From positions 8,076,422 to 8,140,421 of the forward strand of contig NC_092678.1 of the NCBI RefSeq assembly GCF_964355755.1: a stretch of 64,000 bases of DNA. The letters are read 5' to 3'. This stretch comes from Antedon mediterranea (Eukaryota; Animalia; Echinodermata). The notes beneath the pieces are model-generated. The model was not told where the DNA came from. It worked only from the letters and a program-made list of their open reading frames with translations, and did not search any database. Below, in pieces: positions 1 to 13,640 of the stretch. Made by a program: the position numbers and the translations under genes. Numbering within the stretch: position 1 is the first letter of the stretch; each line of letters opens with the position of its first letter.

Positions 1-49
1 ATACACAGTTTTGTCGAAAAATAAAAGTGTCGAAATTCTGCCATTTTCT

Positions 50-88
50 GAAAAAATCCCTGTACTATTATAGTACAGGGATTTTTTC
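50..88. repeat. Perfect 18-bp inverted repeat (hairpin)
   Basis: GAAAAAATCCCTGTACTA-TTA-TAGTACAGGGATTTTTTC; a related imperfect palindrome lies at about 381-410. Probably part of a non-autonomous element that starts outside the window. Confidence 0.8.
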
Positions 89-668
89 GAAAAATGCCCA
101 AAATATCGATTTTTTAAAATGCAATAATTATGCGATTATATCGCTATATATGCGCATATATTGTTTTGCAACAACAGAGTCATAGTAACCAAAAAAATCA
201 CCCAAAATATGGCGTTTTTTAATTTCATTTAATATGCACTAATATTGCTATATATGCATGTATATTTCCATACTTTCCAGATGTTTTCTCAAAACAGAAA
301 AAGGTCGAAATTGTATGCGATTCTGCGCATGTCAATGTAACGTCAAAAAGGGTCGACATTTTAGTATTTCAATTTTTCGAAAATTTCTATACTATAGTAG
401 ATAGAATTTTTTTAATAACATAATATAATAAAGACGCATGTTACGAGACTATTATGGCATAATTTAATTTTAACCATTTTGTTTGTTGACATAATTGCTT
501 AATATGACTCCATAAGACAATGATACCTTAATACTATGTGCATATAGTATTATATTATCGCTTTTTTCCTTCCAAAGAGGCCTACCTAAAATGTTTAATT
601 GCCAGACTTCGTCAAACAAAATGTAATATTCGTTACAAAAATCGGACAATAACAATATGAGGCTTATA

Positions 669-750
669 CAGTTGAACCTCCCGTAAGCGACCACCCTCGG
701 GACCGAGAAAACTGGCCGTGTACAGGAAGTGACCGCTTACGGGATATCCG
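669..750 (+). mobile_element. Left end of a pogo/Tigger-like (TA-target) DNA transposon
   Basis: TA|CAGTTGAACCTCCCGTAAGCGACCACC followed by an internal inverted copy GTGACCGCTTACGGGA. Matching inverted motifs occur at 21590-22064. Confidence 0.55.
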
Positions 751-1092
751 ATTATAACTCCGATATAACTTTGCTAGGTCTCAGGGCGATATCCGATATA
801 ATGACAAGTAAATCTGATAGAGAACAGAGTAAGTGAATAATACAGTTGTCGCCATACATATTGCGCACTTTAAAGTAAATTTATGCTAAACATACTTCTA
901 TGCCCAATGAGTATGCCACTGCCAAGGCTCTGTTTACACACGGTCACCAATCACGGGCATAAATCAAATCCCCTGTTAACATGCACAAAATTACTGACGT
1001 CATTTTACCGGTAACCTTGATTTGCAATACATACTAGGGCTGATCAAAATCAGTTTCCAATCATAATAACCAGATTAAGATTAGTGAGACTA

Positions 1093-1211
1093 TTGGTTCA
1101 CACTAGAGGCACACAGCAAGCGAGTTAACAAGCGACAGTTCGAATAATCCATCGCTTGTAATTGGTCAAATCACTTGCGTTACGTCCTTGTGTTTCGTCT
1201 TTGGAACCAAG
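1093..1211. mobile_element. Short palindromic MITE, probably PIF/Harbinger-type
   Basis: TTGGTTC...GAACCAA ends and an internal ATTGGTCAA..CTTGCGTTACGTCC shared with the copy at 5759-5913. Confidence 0.5.
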
Positions 1212-2951
1212 AATGAAGATTGAGATCGCCCTATCAGATCGATAATTTCTTACACAGACTGACACGATTGGTTAGCTCCCGATAACAACTCTCTAGCGTG
1301 AACCATGACTCCATACAAATTTCTAGCGTGAACCAGGTCTATAAAAATACCTCTGCTCAATTTTCTTATTCAGATAAATCAGTAGTCATATGTCTACAAA
1401 AGATGAAGGCATAACAACAATGTTTGAACATATAGTCTATTGTATAAGTGGTACACATACTTGTATATAAACACGGATAGAGTTCAACATAGCATGCAAT
1501 ACTATTATACTAAACATGTTTATAGTCTTAGTACAGTAATATTATACATTTATAATTATATATTATTATAATAAACAAAAACATATAATAACAAAAATAA
1601 AAATATAGGACCGAAGGAAAAATTGATAATTTTCTTTATATATAAGTTTCATAAACAAATAATTGTTTGTAACCCATCTATTGCTCGTTATAAAAAACTG
1701 TTAATTAATCTACAATTATGAATCAGTTACTGAATTTACTAATTAATATGGGGTCACTTCGGGTCATATTGAGCACATGTGGTCAGTATAGCAGGTGGCA
1801 AAGTATTTGGTTCATGTTTTAAAAACAATGGCAGCAATTAAACAAGAAATATGAAGAATCAGAAATAAATAAAATAAAGATTTTCGGAATTACTTTAAAA
1901 AACTGAAAATTTCCTGAATGTGTTTATACTATGACCATAACAAAAAAATAACAACTGTATAAGAGACGTTGGCTATTCCTTATTTTATTTACATAAAGTT
2001 GAACCCCCTCCTTTGGGACACCCCTATTTAGGGGACACCCCCAATTAAAGGGACACTTTCTTGGGTCCTATGTTTGTCCCTTTAATATTTTAACTACTAT
2101 TTCATTTGTTATGAAATATAAATTTATCAAATGTATGTATCTCTTTAATTTTAATTTCATTTTAATATAAAATACAAATTAATTAAATAAATGCATTTAT
2201 GTTTTAGTTTTACTATTTCATTTATTATAAAATACATATTTGTTACATTTATTCATATTTCCATTTCACAATTTATCATGTTAGCATCATAGTATAAACA
2301 CACGGATAATTTGTTGATCTAAAAACCAACATTTTATATAACAAAATTATATAATATACAATGTAATTGACATCTCCAGATAAAAAATATAAACTCACTT
2401 TCTACAGAATTACTAGCATGATCGAAAACAGGAGGATTTCTCTCAGATATTTAAACAACTCAATTACAATTTTAATTGTTTACATTAAATTAATTGTAAC
2501 TCTATCCATATAAAATGATTTAATATATGTTGTTTCAAGATATATTTCCTCTTCTGAAATTTGTCAGGAAAACAATGATTTTGGGTGACAATTACAATTT
2601 TTATAATTCATTGGTAACAAATATTATTAATTAAAAACCAGTTTGCTACATCCTGTAAATTATGATATTTCCGGTTTTTTTTTATGTCGCTATGATTAAA
2701 TATTTTTATATTTTCTTCTTTTTCAGATGAATATGTTTAGTTCTTAAAAGAACTAACTTGTGTATATATATATATCTTTATTTGTCACAGTGAGCTTCAC
2801 AGACTTCCCTGCAAATATAAAAAAAGTATAGTAGAAATAAATTTCTTTCTCACTTTATCAAAATTGATTCAAACATTTATAAAAATAAAGGCATCTACAG
2901 CATATAATAATTGGTAAATAATTGTCAATTTTAATAAAAAAACTTTGAATT

Positions 2952-3929
2952 TGTGGCACATACTGGACTGCGGCGCTTACTGGACTGTGGCACTTACTGG
3001 ACTGCGGCACTTATTGGACGGGTGGCAATTTGTGGACTGTGGAGCTTTTACTGGACTGTGGCGCTTACTTGTGTGGTGCGTACTGGACTGTAGAGCTTAC
3101 TAGACTGTGGCGTTTACTGGAATGTGGCGCTTACTGGACTGCTGCGCTTACTGGACTGCGGCGCTTACTGGACTGTGGCGCTTACTGGACTGCAGCGCTT
3201 ACTGGACTGCAGTGCTTTCTGGACTGCGGCGCTTACTGGACTGTGGCGCTTATTGGACTGCGGCGCTTATTGGACTGCGGCGCTTACTGGACTGTAGAAC
3301 TTACTGGACTGCGGCGCTTACTGGACTGTAGAGCTTACTAGACGGTGGCGCTTACTAGACTGTGGCGTTTACTGGATTGCTGAGCTTACTGGACTGTGGC
3401 GTTTACTGGACTGCGGAGCTTACTGGACTGTGGCGCTTACTTGACTGCAGCGTTTACTGGACTGTAGAGCTTACTGGACGGTGGCGCTTATTATAGACTG
3501 TGGCGTTTACTGGAATGTGGCGCTTACTGGAATGTGTCGCTTACTGGACTGTGGCGCTTACTGGAATGTGTCGCTTACTGGACTGTGGCGCTTACTGGAA
3601 TGTGTCGCTTACTGGACTGTGGCGCTTACTGGACTGTGGCGCTTACTATACTATGGCGCATATTGGACTGTGGTGCTTACTGGACTGTAGAGCTTACTAG
3701 ACTGTGGCGTTTATTAGACTATGGCGTTTACTGGACTGTGGCGCTTACTGGACTGCGGCATTTATTGGACTGTGGTGCTTACTGGACTGTAGAGCTTACT
3801 AGACTGCGGTGCATACTGGACTGTGGCGCTTACTGAACTGTAGAGCTTACTAGACTGTGGCGTTTACTAGACTGTGGCATTTACTGGACTGTGGCGTTTA
3901 CTGGACTGTGGCGCTTTGTGGATTGTGGA
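2952..3929. repeat. 17-bp minisatellite (GGCGCTTACTGGACTGT)n, roughly 55-58 copies
   Basis: Directly visible tandem unit with point variants. It generates the repetitive CGAYWT ORFs in all three frames. Confidence 0.95.
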
Positions 3930-3941
3930 TAGACTACTTAC

Positions 3942-4025
3942 AAATGGATCTGTATTTTGCTGTGTTGGTGGTCTATGTATTTGCTGTGCTCCTGCTTCAT
4001 TGTATGCCATACCTGTTCTCATTCC
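3942..4025 (-). CDS. Putative coding exon near the C-terminus of the PICALM/AP180-like gene (GMRTGMAYNEAGAQQIHRPPTQQNTDPF)
   Basis: ctttattttag acceptor, gtaagt donor, 84 nt, phase 0-0, open frame. Ends in a DPF endocytic motif; the RPP..PF pattern resembles CALM/LAP tails. Confidence 0.65.
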
Positions 4026-4709
4026 CTAAAATAAAGAAGTAATCAACACTTGTTATATATTATAATGATTACTTATGTCCCGTTTACACTATCACACATT
4101 TTTGTCCGCACTGTTCCGCATTCAGTGTGTGTCATTTAATGTTGTCACAAATAGTTTACACACCATACCCTAGGTCACATGGTCTACATGGGCAACCTAT
4201 TACCTAAAAAACCAGCGTAAAGTATGCACAAATTATTATCACCTGTGTCATGAACTAGTCGTGAAATGCGTGTCATTTCCCACAATAACATGCACGGCTG
4301 CAGCCATGATGCGCAACATTGCACCATTCAGGAATATGGATGCAGACGCAAATTTTGTGCATACATGTCGTGCAATGTCCCGCAACTTTCTGCAAAATGG
4401 CACATATGATTCCCACATTGTAATGCATTCAATGCGGGGCAGTGTATGATATTCGTGTCAAGATAGCTTTACTTTATAAAATCATGAACATTTTTTGTAT
4501 AAATTTATCTATTTTGTTATATTGAATTGATCGGGTATTGACAAACTTTATTCAATAACGAACGAAGGATTTTGAATCATTTTAACTTTATTGGACAAAT
4601 ATATTTACATGACAAAAGGATCATAAGAAATAAGCTAAATATTAATTATTATTATTTATTATATCTACAAAACTGTGAATTCAGAAATTATGTAGGAAAT
4701 GAGACATAC

Positions 4710-4769
4710 CATTTGTTGATTAGGTGCCACAAACTGTCCAGAAAAAGCTCCTGATCTCCAATCAGCTGG
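4710..4769 (-). CDS. Putative coding exon of the same gene (PADWRSGAFSGQFVAPNQQM)
   Basis: 60 nt, phase 0-0, ATG|gtatgt donor, gtcag acceptor (weak pyrimidine tract). GC-richer island in an AT-rich intron, in phase with neighbouring exons. Confidence 0.5.
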
Positions 4770-5758
4770 CTGACCTCCATGGAACAACAATGGAACATAC
4801 CAAATACTAGTAAACTCATTTTGATTAAAAAACAAACTGAAAGTAATTGTAATAGAAGCACTAGTAGAATATAAAGTAGTTTTTGTGGTAGATGACTTGT
4901 CATTTTATTTTACATGATGTTAAATGGTTTAGTAAACATTAACATATTAATTTAAAAATAATTTTAGTAATATTATCATTATATCATATTGCCTTATCTT
5001 ATTCAGTACTGGATTTTCATCTACAAAATGTAAAAAACAAGCAATAGAATATGCTCGAATATTTCACTAAAATCATAGTTATCACTTCTTTGAACTAATA
5101 TTAACATCAATTTATTTATATTCCATATTACAAAGGAAAGATTAAAAGTACAGTAAAAAAAAAGGATTATTTTCAAGGCTTAACAAATTATTATATTCGA
5201 TACAAAATTAATATGATCACTTGCAATAACTGAAAAAATGATTAAAATAACTCAATACACAATATGTGCAGATACTGCTGAGGAATGAGAATAGGTCCAT
5301 CCCTTCCATGCACTATATAGAGGTAATAATTAAAGTAGTTTGCACTGTTGCAAAGAGTTCATTTCTCAACAAGAGAGGCACACAAATAATACTATTTTAG
5401 AAGAATGTTTTCACCCACCAATCCTTGTCACATCAAAGAAATTTTAATATTTGACAACTAAAAAACTTTATAAACATTTTAGACCATTAGAAAAGAAATT
5501 TAAAAAAAAATAAATAAATTATATTTAAAAAAAATCATAATTATAGCACAAAAATAAACACACAATTTAATATATGTGCAGTTTATACAACATACCATAA
5601 AATATACTAGAAGTTAAAAAACACAAGGATAAAATAGAAATTGTTGCAAATACAAAAAGGTTTGAAAGTGACATGCTAAAATCCTAAAATAAAACCCTTA
5701 GGCCTAATGCAAAATTGAACAATAATTTTGAATTATTATTAATATTAATATCATACAC

Positions 5759-5913
5759 TTGGTTCCTACTTGGATGGAACGCAGGGACGTGAGCACAAAA
5801 TATGTAATTTGACCAATCACGACGCAATGGATCATCCAAACTGTCACTTGTGATTGGTCAACTTACTTGCGTTGTTCTCACATTCTTGCGTTACGTCCTA
5901 GTGGGAACAGCTT
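5759..5913. mobile_element. Palindromic MITE, second copy of the 1093-1211 family
   Basis: GGTTCCTACT...TTGACCAATCAC...GTGATTGGTCAA...AGTGGGAAC fold-back structure. Confidence 0.55.
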
Positions 5914-6597
5914 TTAGGCCTAAACCTATACTTTATGATTATTCTTTAGGCTTTTTTTACTCTATTATGTCAATACATTTCAAACTAACTACCAGATTTC
6001 TGACACTTTATCATTTTTAAATAAACTTTGTAAAGTTTGTTTAATAATGTTTGGAAGATTTGATTCAACAAAACCTTTTAATGATATCTTTAAAAATATA
6101 GTCTGTTTTTGTTTTGTTTTAAATGGAATTGAATAACTTCATTAAAACTGTAATTTGTAAAATGGCCTAATAAAAGTCTGATATTTTAAATCGTTATTTT
6201 TCATATTTTTCAGGGACAACACATCTTTAAATACAGTAAAAAAAAAATAATAGCCTAAATTGCATTTTACATTTACACAAGTCGGTTGGTAAAAATAAGA
6301 ATTATAATAATATAAATATTGTTTAATTTAGTTTTGTTATTGGTATTGACAAACTTTTCTTAATCGTTAATTCTCAACAGAGTTTATTCAATAACGAACG
6401 AAGGCTTTTGAATTATTATAATTATTCCATTGTTTACCTTAACATATCATAATTCATAATTATTATCCTAACAGTATCTTCATTGCAGTACTTTGATTAA
6501 TATGAATTAACAAACACTTTCCTGGTAGCTGCATAAATTATTTATAGTTGCTTTTAGCGATATGATACACATCCGTTGCTGTGATAGCAATCAAAGC

Positions 6598-6882
6598 AAG
6601 CCAGATCAAGATCTGAACTTTAAATTTCAAACAAAGTCTAGTAGTCTATTTGATCAAAATAAAACAACGTAAATTTGAAAATTAGATTCTCCAGACTGTA
6701 ATCAAAGACACTAGCCCTATGTCTCTTTGACCTAATTTAAGGTTACACACTACACACAAATATTATATGGACCTATTGCGATATTTCTTCATCTTTAAAC
6801 GGTTAAAAATGTGAAAATAATAATTTTAGCGGCCGGTTATAAATACCAACATGCATTGCGCACGGATTGATATTTTCATATT
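6598..6882 (+). repeat. ~290-bp dispersed repeat, inverted partner of 20517-20826
   Basis: AAGCCAGATCAAGATCTGAACTTTAAATTTCAAACAAAGTCTAGTAG... is the reverse complement of 20517-20826 with scattered substitutions and indels. Confidence 0.85.
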
Positions 6883-7461
6883 GTGAAACCGATCGCGTGA
6901 AAAATAGCCAAATAAAATAACCGTAAATTATCAGCCAAAATACCAGGTCTTCTCCAATTTATTTTATCGGATTCTCTGCCAAAAAAGGAAAGACAATTAA
7001 TCTAGGCCTATAGCTAGCGAGCAATGTTCGTACGTTACCGCTCTTTACCAGCTAGGCCTACAAAACTAAGCCTAACTAAGCTAGGCCTACACGTCTACAC
7101 AAGAGAATTTTCGACCCGAGCTACTTATAGGTAGTGCATTTTTTTTCTTTTTTTATCACAATTAACCGTAGAACGCACATTTAAGAAAAGAAATGACCTG
7201 GTTTTTAAAAATAAAAGTTATATATTATTTTTAGAAAACGTCAAAAATTGCAGGTCTAGTTTCTTTAATAGAAACATCAAGAACAAAGTAGGCCTACTGG
7301 AAATACAAATCTAGAACCATAAACAGTTGTATAGATATGGTATACAGATATATTGTTTGATTTTTAACATTTTGTTATTAAAACCAGTTTTTGTTTCTTC
7401 TTTATACTGTGTGACCTCTTAAGTGACCACTTTAATCAAGGACTGTTCTCCCAGAGGGACC

Positions 7462-9200
7462 AGTAGCCTACTCACAGTGGCTGTGGTGTACTAGTACACC
7501 GGGTAGCCTACTCACAGTGGCTGAGTGTGAACTAGTACACCGGGGTGACCCCCTACTCGTCTCGAAAGATGTACTAAGTTCTTTAAAGTGTACACAAGCA
7601 TTTTTGTGTAGATTGGACCTACAGTTTACAGTCCTTAAAGGGGGGTTCCGGGTTTAAAATGAATAGTAAAAAATGTAAAATATATTTGTTTGTCTCTTGA
7701 ACGGTAAAAGTTTCAATTTATATAAGCGCCCAGTGAAGCAGAACGAAGGCTGTGAAATGAGGCCAGATTACAAGTGCAGCTACGGCAAAATCACACTGTG
7801 GTTACAGAATAGGAAATTCCTGAAATGGTCAATCTTCCGACGACTCGTTATCATTAACCATATCAATTACTTTTGTAAAATTATACTTATCTGATGTAAT
7901 TTTAGTCGGTCTTCCCATTTATAAAGTCAATTTTCTATGAAAATCCATCAAAACAGTGAAAAATTAGATAGGTTTGCACTTTACGTTTGCCGATTTTCGC
8001 ACTGACTTAGGGAAAGCCTTCAAAATCAATGAAGCGTAACGTATACATTCCTGCTGAGCGAGGAGAGCGAGACGACGATACACGTGCTCTCTCCCCATGC
8101 CTGGCATCGTCACGTGATAAGCAGATACAGTATACAATACCAAACTGGTCGGGTCGAGTATACCCTGTCTATAATCACAACATGAACGATGTACAGTATT
8201 TGATTGAAGGTCGACTCGACCTACCGGAATGGTATAGATAATATAGCTCGAATGAGAGAGTTGGAATATTTGTATAAACATAAGTATTGCTAATTTTAAC
8301 AAGTGTAGCCTATAGTAAAAGGCCTGGTAGTATCAATTCGCATAGGGTCTACTACAACACTAACTAGCTCAATTTTTAACTGGGCCGGATCGGCTAGGAG
8401 GTCTACTTGCTTGATGCAGTATCCGATTTTTTGGAGAGTAAACTAGGCCTAGGCCTATTTTTTTAGGCCTACTTATTAATTAGACGATCGGGACACCATA
8501 CGTGCGGACGGCGATCGGACCTTGTTTTGCCTCAATATTTACAGCCGATTTTGTAGAACGTTTTAAGTTTAGATTGTTTAGGAGTTTGGTTGATAGGATG
8601 GGTTTGGAATCCACTGAGTTGTGTTATTTATGGTTTAGTAGTAGGCTAGCTAGGCCCATGATGGCCCCAATGTTTTAACGTAGCCATCGTGGCATGGAAT
8701 CCCTAGTCAGAAATGGCTCTCACCCATGAATGAAATGATTTAGGCTAGGCCTAGCCTAGTACGTGAAGCCGATATACGATCTGTACTACTCCGTAATCTG
8801 TACTAAATTTTGTATTTCATTAAATGTCAAATAAATATATGCTACACTTTAGGCCCAGCTTAGAAAATCTACAAAAAATGTATTTCACAATGATCGGGTG
8901 GTCGTCGTTTGACAGGGGAGAGAGAACACAACGTACAAGAAGCTTGACGTCGCGAGTGGAATCCACTGATAACGTGATTTTGTGAATATCCCATGAATAT
9001 TAATGAGCTTCCCTAAGCTGCTGAAAAACAGACTTTCCATGAATTTACCCTAAAATGTATATGAAATTTAATTTTTTTAATTTCTCGTTATTACTTCTTC
9101 ATTCTGACATGTCTATATTGTTATAATATTTTTTATTTAATAAATAAACGATATTTAAAAGCAATTTTAAACCCTTTAATCGCACAAGACGACGGGAAGA
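7462..9200 (-). mobile_element. Nin/Deu-domain-like SINE fragment split by a TTAA insertion
   Basis: Rejoined minus strand reads GTCTTGTGCGA-TTAA-GGACTGTAAACTGTAGGTCC...CACTTTAAAGAACTTAGTAC...GAGTAGGGGG...CCCGGTGT, resembling the conserved Nin-domain SINE core. Has a tandem-duplicated tail at about 7462-7545. Confidence 0.55.
7639..9175. mobile_element. Non-autonomous Kolobok-like element (TTAA TSD)
   Basis: TTAA at 7635-7638 and 9176-9179, AGGG...CCCT termini with GGGTTTAAAAT/ATTTTAAACCC subterminal match. Its removal rejoins the SINE. Confidence 0.7.
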
Positions 9201-9224
9201 AATGTAAATGTAATGAAGGTTTAA

Positions 9225-10607
9225 AGTGGAGCTCCACCCAGAAAATTACTATTTTTCATACATTTCAACTATTATTTAAAAATATCATCCCTTATACTTC
9301 ATATTTTTTTGAATTTTTTTTCAATGAGTACGATTTTTTTGAAAACCACGCCTTTTTGCGTTTTGGGGGGATACCTTGTAATTTCCTATTCTTTTACATG
9401 CAAAAGGGGGGTATATTTGAATAATCCTAAAAAATTCATTTCTTCACCAAAAAAAAAATGTAAAATGTATATTCATGTAATTTTTCCAGATCTTTCTATT
9501 TCTGGTATTTTTATAACGTATACATTGCGCAATTTTCCGTAAATAGACACTTTCCCCCGTTCGGGTCCAATTGGGTTTTTTATTTTGCTAGGGAGTACGA
9601 TCACGTGACATTTTTCACAATCACACTACTGCATCTGGCGATCTGTTATTTTGTCGCGATGTTATTTTTGACGGGCGAAAAGTATATTAAAACATTCTGA
9701 ATATGACCCTATTATGTTTCACAGTGTAATAATGTGATTATGAGACTATTACTAAAATGTCAAATTTAACGAGATTTGAGAAAGACGTGGCTATATATTC
9801 AATAAAGCTAGGCCTAGGCCTACTAGAGTGTAGGTATGTACCGTTGCTGCTTGGCCTCTAGCTAGGCTAGGCTGACAGCAGTGAAGTTTGTTTTGCTGGC
9901 ACCCGACCTTGGCCTATCCATGGGCCATGATAGGGTGCCTGAATAGTTGCTTTTCAGTCAGGTCTAAGCTTGCACATCGCTTTACTACTCTTTACTACTC
10001 TTGTTCTGTATAGGATTTTGTGTTTCACAATTCTTAATGTGCGAGAAAACCCAGGAACGATAAATGGGGCGAAACGACCATGCCTATGAATACATAGGCC
10101 TCTAGACAAAAATTCAAGGCTAGCTTGGCTGAGCAGACGGCTTAGCTAGGCCTAGCCCTAGCTTAAAGTTAAAAGCAATCTGATAAGATTATTATGCTGT
10201 TGTTGTACAGTGAAAATCATGAGGTTACATGTAAATTATACTGACATTCTTATCGGAAATATTACTTAGGCCTAAACAAATCGTATTAATTGTGTGTATA
10301 AAATTTATTCCCCATTTTTCGACACATAATTTACCAAGGGGAGACATTTCATCAATGCGTTGAACCGGCGACTAAAACGCGTCAGTCGCTAAGTGTAACG
10401 CGTTGCGCGACGTATTGTAAACTAATAACCCCTAAGTTACTGAAAAACTGTAATTTGTTAAAAAACACTATTTTCTGACCGATTTTTTAGAAATGAGTTT
10501 TTGGAAAATATTTCCGTATTTTTCCTGTTTTTTTTTATGTAATCACTTTCAATTAAACATACTTAAACATAACATAAGCTGAGAAAGTCTGAGTGTGTAG
10601 CTCCACT
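9225..10607. mobile_element. Non-autonomous Kolobok-like element (TTAA TSD)
   Basis: TTAA|AGTGGAGCTCCAC ... GTGTAGCTCCACT|TTAA; no coding capacity. Confidence 0.8.
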
Positions 10608-11215
10608 TTAAAATATTTTCTGCTATTAATTTGATATGTAAGCCAATAAAAAGCCTGCATTAAACTATAGAGAATAGAACACTATTCAGTAATAGAGGTT
10701 TTTTTTTTTGGATGGGGGGGGGGGCAGAGGTCATAGGACACCATGACATCATCTCTAAATGAAGGGGTCACATACATATATAACATATACTAAATGTCTG
10801 TTGATTAATAGTAGCACTGATCTCAATGGAAGCGTATTACAAATGAAACATATTAAAATATAAAATAATTATAGGCTAAAATATTATGTATTTTGTATAA
10901 ATGATATTAGAATATATTATAAGATGACTAAAACTAATGTTATATGTTTTTTGTAAATTTATATTCAACACCATTATGAAACATGTTAATGTTATTAATA
11001 ATCATTGATCACACTGTTATAAAGTATAAATGTTCATACAATACAACCTGTATTAATATGACAACTCCAGAACCAAACAAAAGTTTACCCTTAATACGGC
11101 CGTCATGTTAGCACACACATCGCTCCTAGTTCATTTTAATGGGTAATTATCCGTTAAATAGGGGGTGTTACAGGGGGGTGTTACAAATATTATTTTATGC
11201 CGTTAATGTTTGTTT

Positions 11216-11526
11216 GTATGTTACCCTTTATGAGATAGGAGTTCAGTATGTTACCCTTTATGAGATAGGAGTTCAGTATGTTACCCTTTATGAGATAGGA
11301 GTTCAGTATGTTACCCTTTATGAGATATGAGTTCAGTATGTTACCCTTTATGAGATAGGAGTTCAGTATGTTACCCTTTATGAGATAGGAGTTCAGTATG
11401 TTACCCTTTATGAGATAGGAGTTCAGTATGTTACCCATTATGAGATAGGAGTTCAGTATGTTACCCATTATGAGATAGGAATTCAGTATGTTACCCATTA
11501 TGAGATAGGAGTTCAGTATGTTACCA
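11216..11526. repeat. 30-bp tandem repeat, 10 near-identical copies
   Basis: TTACCCTTTATGAGATAGGAGTTCAGTATG repeated head-to-tail with no spacers. Confidence 0.95.
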
Positions 11527-11739
11527 GTATGTTATACTTTATTGGATAGAGTGCTATACCAAAGCCAGTATAGTGAATTAATTATAAACCAACTACAATA
11601 CCCAACCAGTGGTCATGATTAAACTACAGTAAATACATTGATGATGATGTGATGTTTTCTATCTATCACTATAATTTTTCAAAACCTGAAGATGAGTAAG
11701 AGGTCCGTATGAAGAGTGGGCATATGTGTGTCTACTTAC

Positions 11740-11769
11740 CGGCTTGGGTGGCTGAGACTGGATTCCCTC
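11740..11769 (-). CDS. 30-nt coding exon (EGIQSQPPKP) of the PICALM/AP180-like gene
   Basis: ttaaag acceptor after a pyrimidine tract, gtaagt donor, phase 0-0 compatible with the flanking exons. Confidence 0.55.
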
Positions 11770-12690
11770 CTTTAAGAATGTCAAAGGTAAATAAAACAGG
11801 TTTACATGTAAGTGGAACTCATGCAGAATTTGACAAAGAATAACTAACATATGTTTATACGTAGTGATAACAGATGTAAGGTATACTAAATTACAACATA
11901 AAGAAAAATAATAATATTGAAACATGCAGTTGTATAGAGTTTATAGTACTGTACATAGAAAAATATAATTTGTTAGTGCTAAGTTTAATGTCATGGTTTA
12001 TTTTATATTTCTATTTATGTGCCTGTGAGAATTTGAATTAAAATTAAAATAAAGAAATAAAACTAAATGGTGCGAGCTGTACATAAAAGTTGTTTCTAGT
12101 ATGTTGCTACAAATTAAGAAATAATATAATTATTTTTTTGTTTAGCAATCATGTGTTTGACTACTGTAAATAGTTGCATCCAATAATGTTTTCAGCTTCC
12201 TGTGGTGGGGCCTTGTGGGATATACTAAGTTTATCCAAATGGTATAGTGTTTTTATATAATTAGGGCGATACGGGTTATCAAAAAATGATAATATTAGTA
12301 TTTGTAATTAGCCATGGCAATAATGTTCATAATTAAATCCTACTCAGAATTTCACTGAACAAAATACTTTTACAGTACTTCTAATTATTGTGTAATGTAA
12401 AAATTACAATATTTACACGTTTTAAACCATCAGATGTAACATGCTTATTGACACAAAATGGTACAAAGTACATTGGCTTTGAACCATGCTGTTTACTACT
12501 GACAATATTGATAATGATTTTAAATGATTATGATGTCATAAATAATAGGAAGGATGATGACAATATAATGATAATATTAATAAGATGATGGAAATATATT
12601 GCAAGAATAATGACAATATTGGTGATAATATTAGATGATGATGATGTTATTAATGAAATCATGACATTTTAGGTGTAAGGATGATATTAA

Positions 12691-13235
12691 AGTGGAGGTG
12701 TACTCAGGGCTTTTCCTTCTGTTATTTACTTCAGTATATTAATATTAGTATGTACAAACATAAAAAATCATATCAAAATAAGCAGTTTCTGAGAAATCAG
12801 AAAAATAAAAAAAAAATTTAAAATATCGAAAAATATTTTTTTTCAGCAGTTAGGTAATGACCTTAGTTGAGGTCACGTTACCTATGTTTTCATCTCTCGG
12901 ATCGCTCGAGCTGACGAGACGCGCTAACTACACGTGTATCATTTCCGTCTCCTCCCTGCTCTTAATAATAGACATCAATCCACGTCCGATCCGATCCAAC
13001 GAACACTTATTATTGTCTTGCCTTTTGTTATTACTTTTTGAGTCTAATCTTAGCTTCAAAATGAAGCACTGTATGGTATATAGTGTCATAACAAGTCACA
13101 TAGAGATATCAATCAAGTGAGGTTAATCTCCATTCGTCTCTCTGTTGCTTAGGGCTAGGCCTAGTCTGATTTACAGAATCTTTATTATGAACTGAATAAA
13201 ATAAAAATGTGAAATTTTTTGAGAGCACCTCCACT
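12691..13235. mobile_element. Non-autonomous Kolobok-like element (TTAA TSD)
   Basis: TTAA|AGTGGAGGTG ... CACCTCCACT|TTAA, inserted into the GAT-rich tract. Confidence 0.8.
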
Positions 13236-13256
13236 TTAATGGCAAAACAATGTCAG

Positions 13257-13640
13257 ATGATGTTATTTGATGATGATGATGGTGGTAATGATGATGGTGA
13301 TGTTGATGATGGTGATAATGATGATGGTGATAATGATGATGAATATTATGATGATGAAAAAGATGAAGATGATTAAGATGATGATAAAGATGATGGTGAT
13401 GATAATGATGATAAAGATGATGATAATGGTGATGATGATGATGATGATGAAGGAGATGATGATGACGACGACAATAACGATGATGATAACGATGATGATG
13501 ACGACAATAACGATGATGATGATGACGATGATGATGATCATGGTGACAATGATGGTGATGATGATGACAATACTGATGATGACATTAACGATATGATTAC
13601 AATAAAGCTAAAGATGTTGATGATGGGCCTACTGATGATG
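13257..13640. repeat. Imperfect (GAT)n microsatellite
   Basis: GATGATGAT with GGT/AAT/GAC variants; a more decayed part lies at about 12510-12690. Confidence 0.95.

Noticed and set aside
3030-4042. Cys/Trp-rich ORFs (CGAYWT repeats)
   Set aside because: Translations of a 17-bp minisatellite; the same peptide appears in all three frames.
11139-11526. 30-bp repeat as a CRISPR array or repeat protein
   Set aside because: Units are head-to-tail with no unique spacers, there are no cas genes and the context is eukaryotic.
13263-13596. Poly-Met and poly-Ile ORFs
   Set aside because: Translations of the (GAT)n microsatellite.
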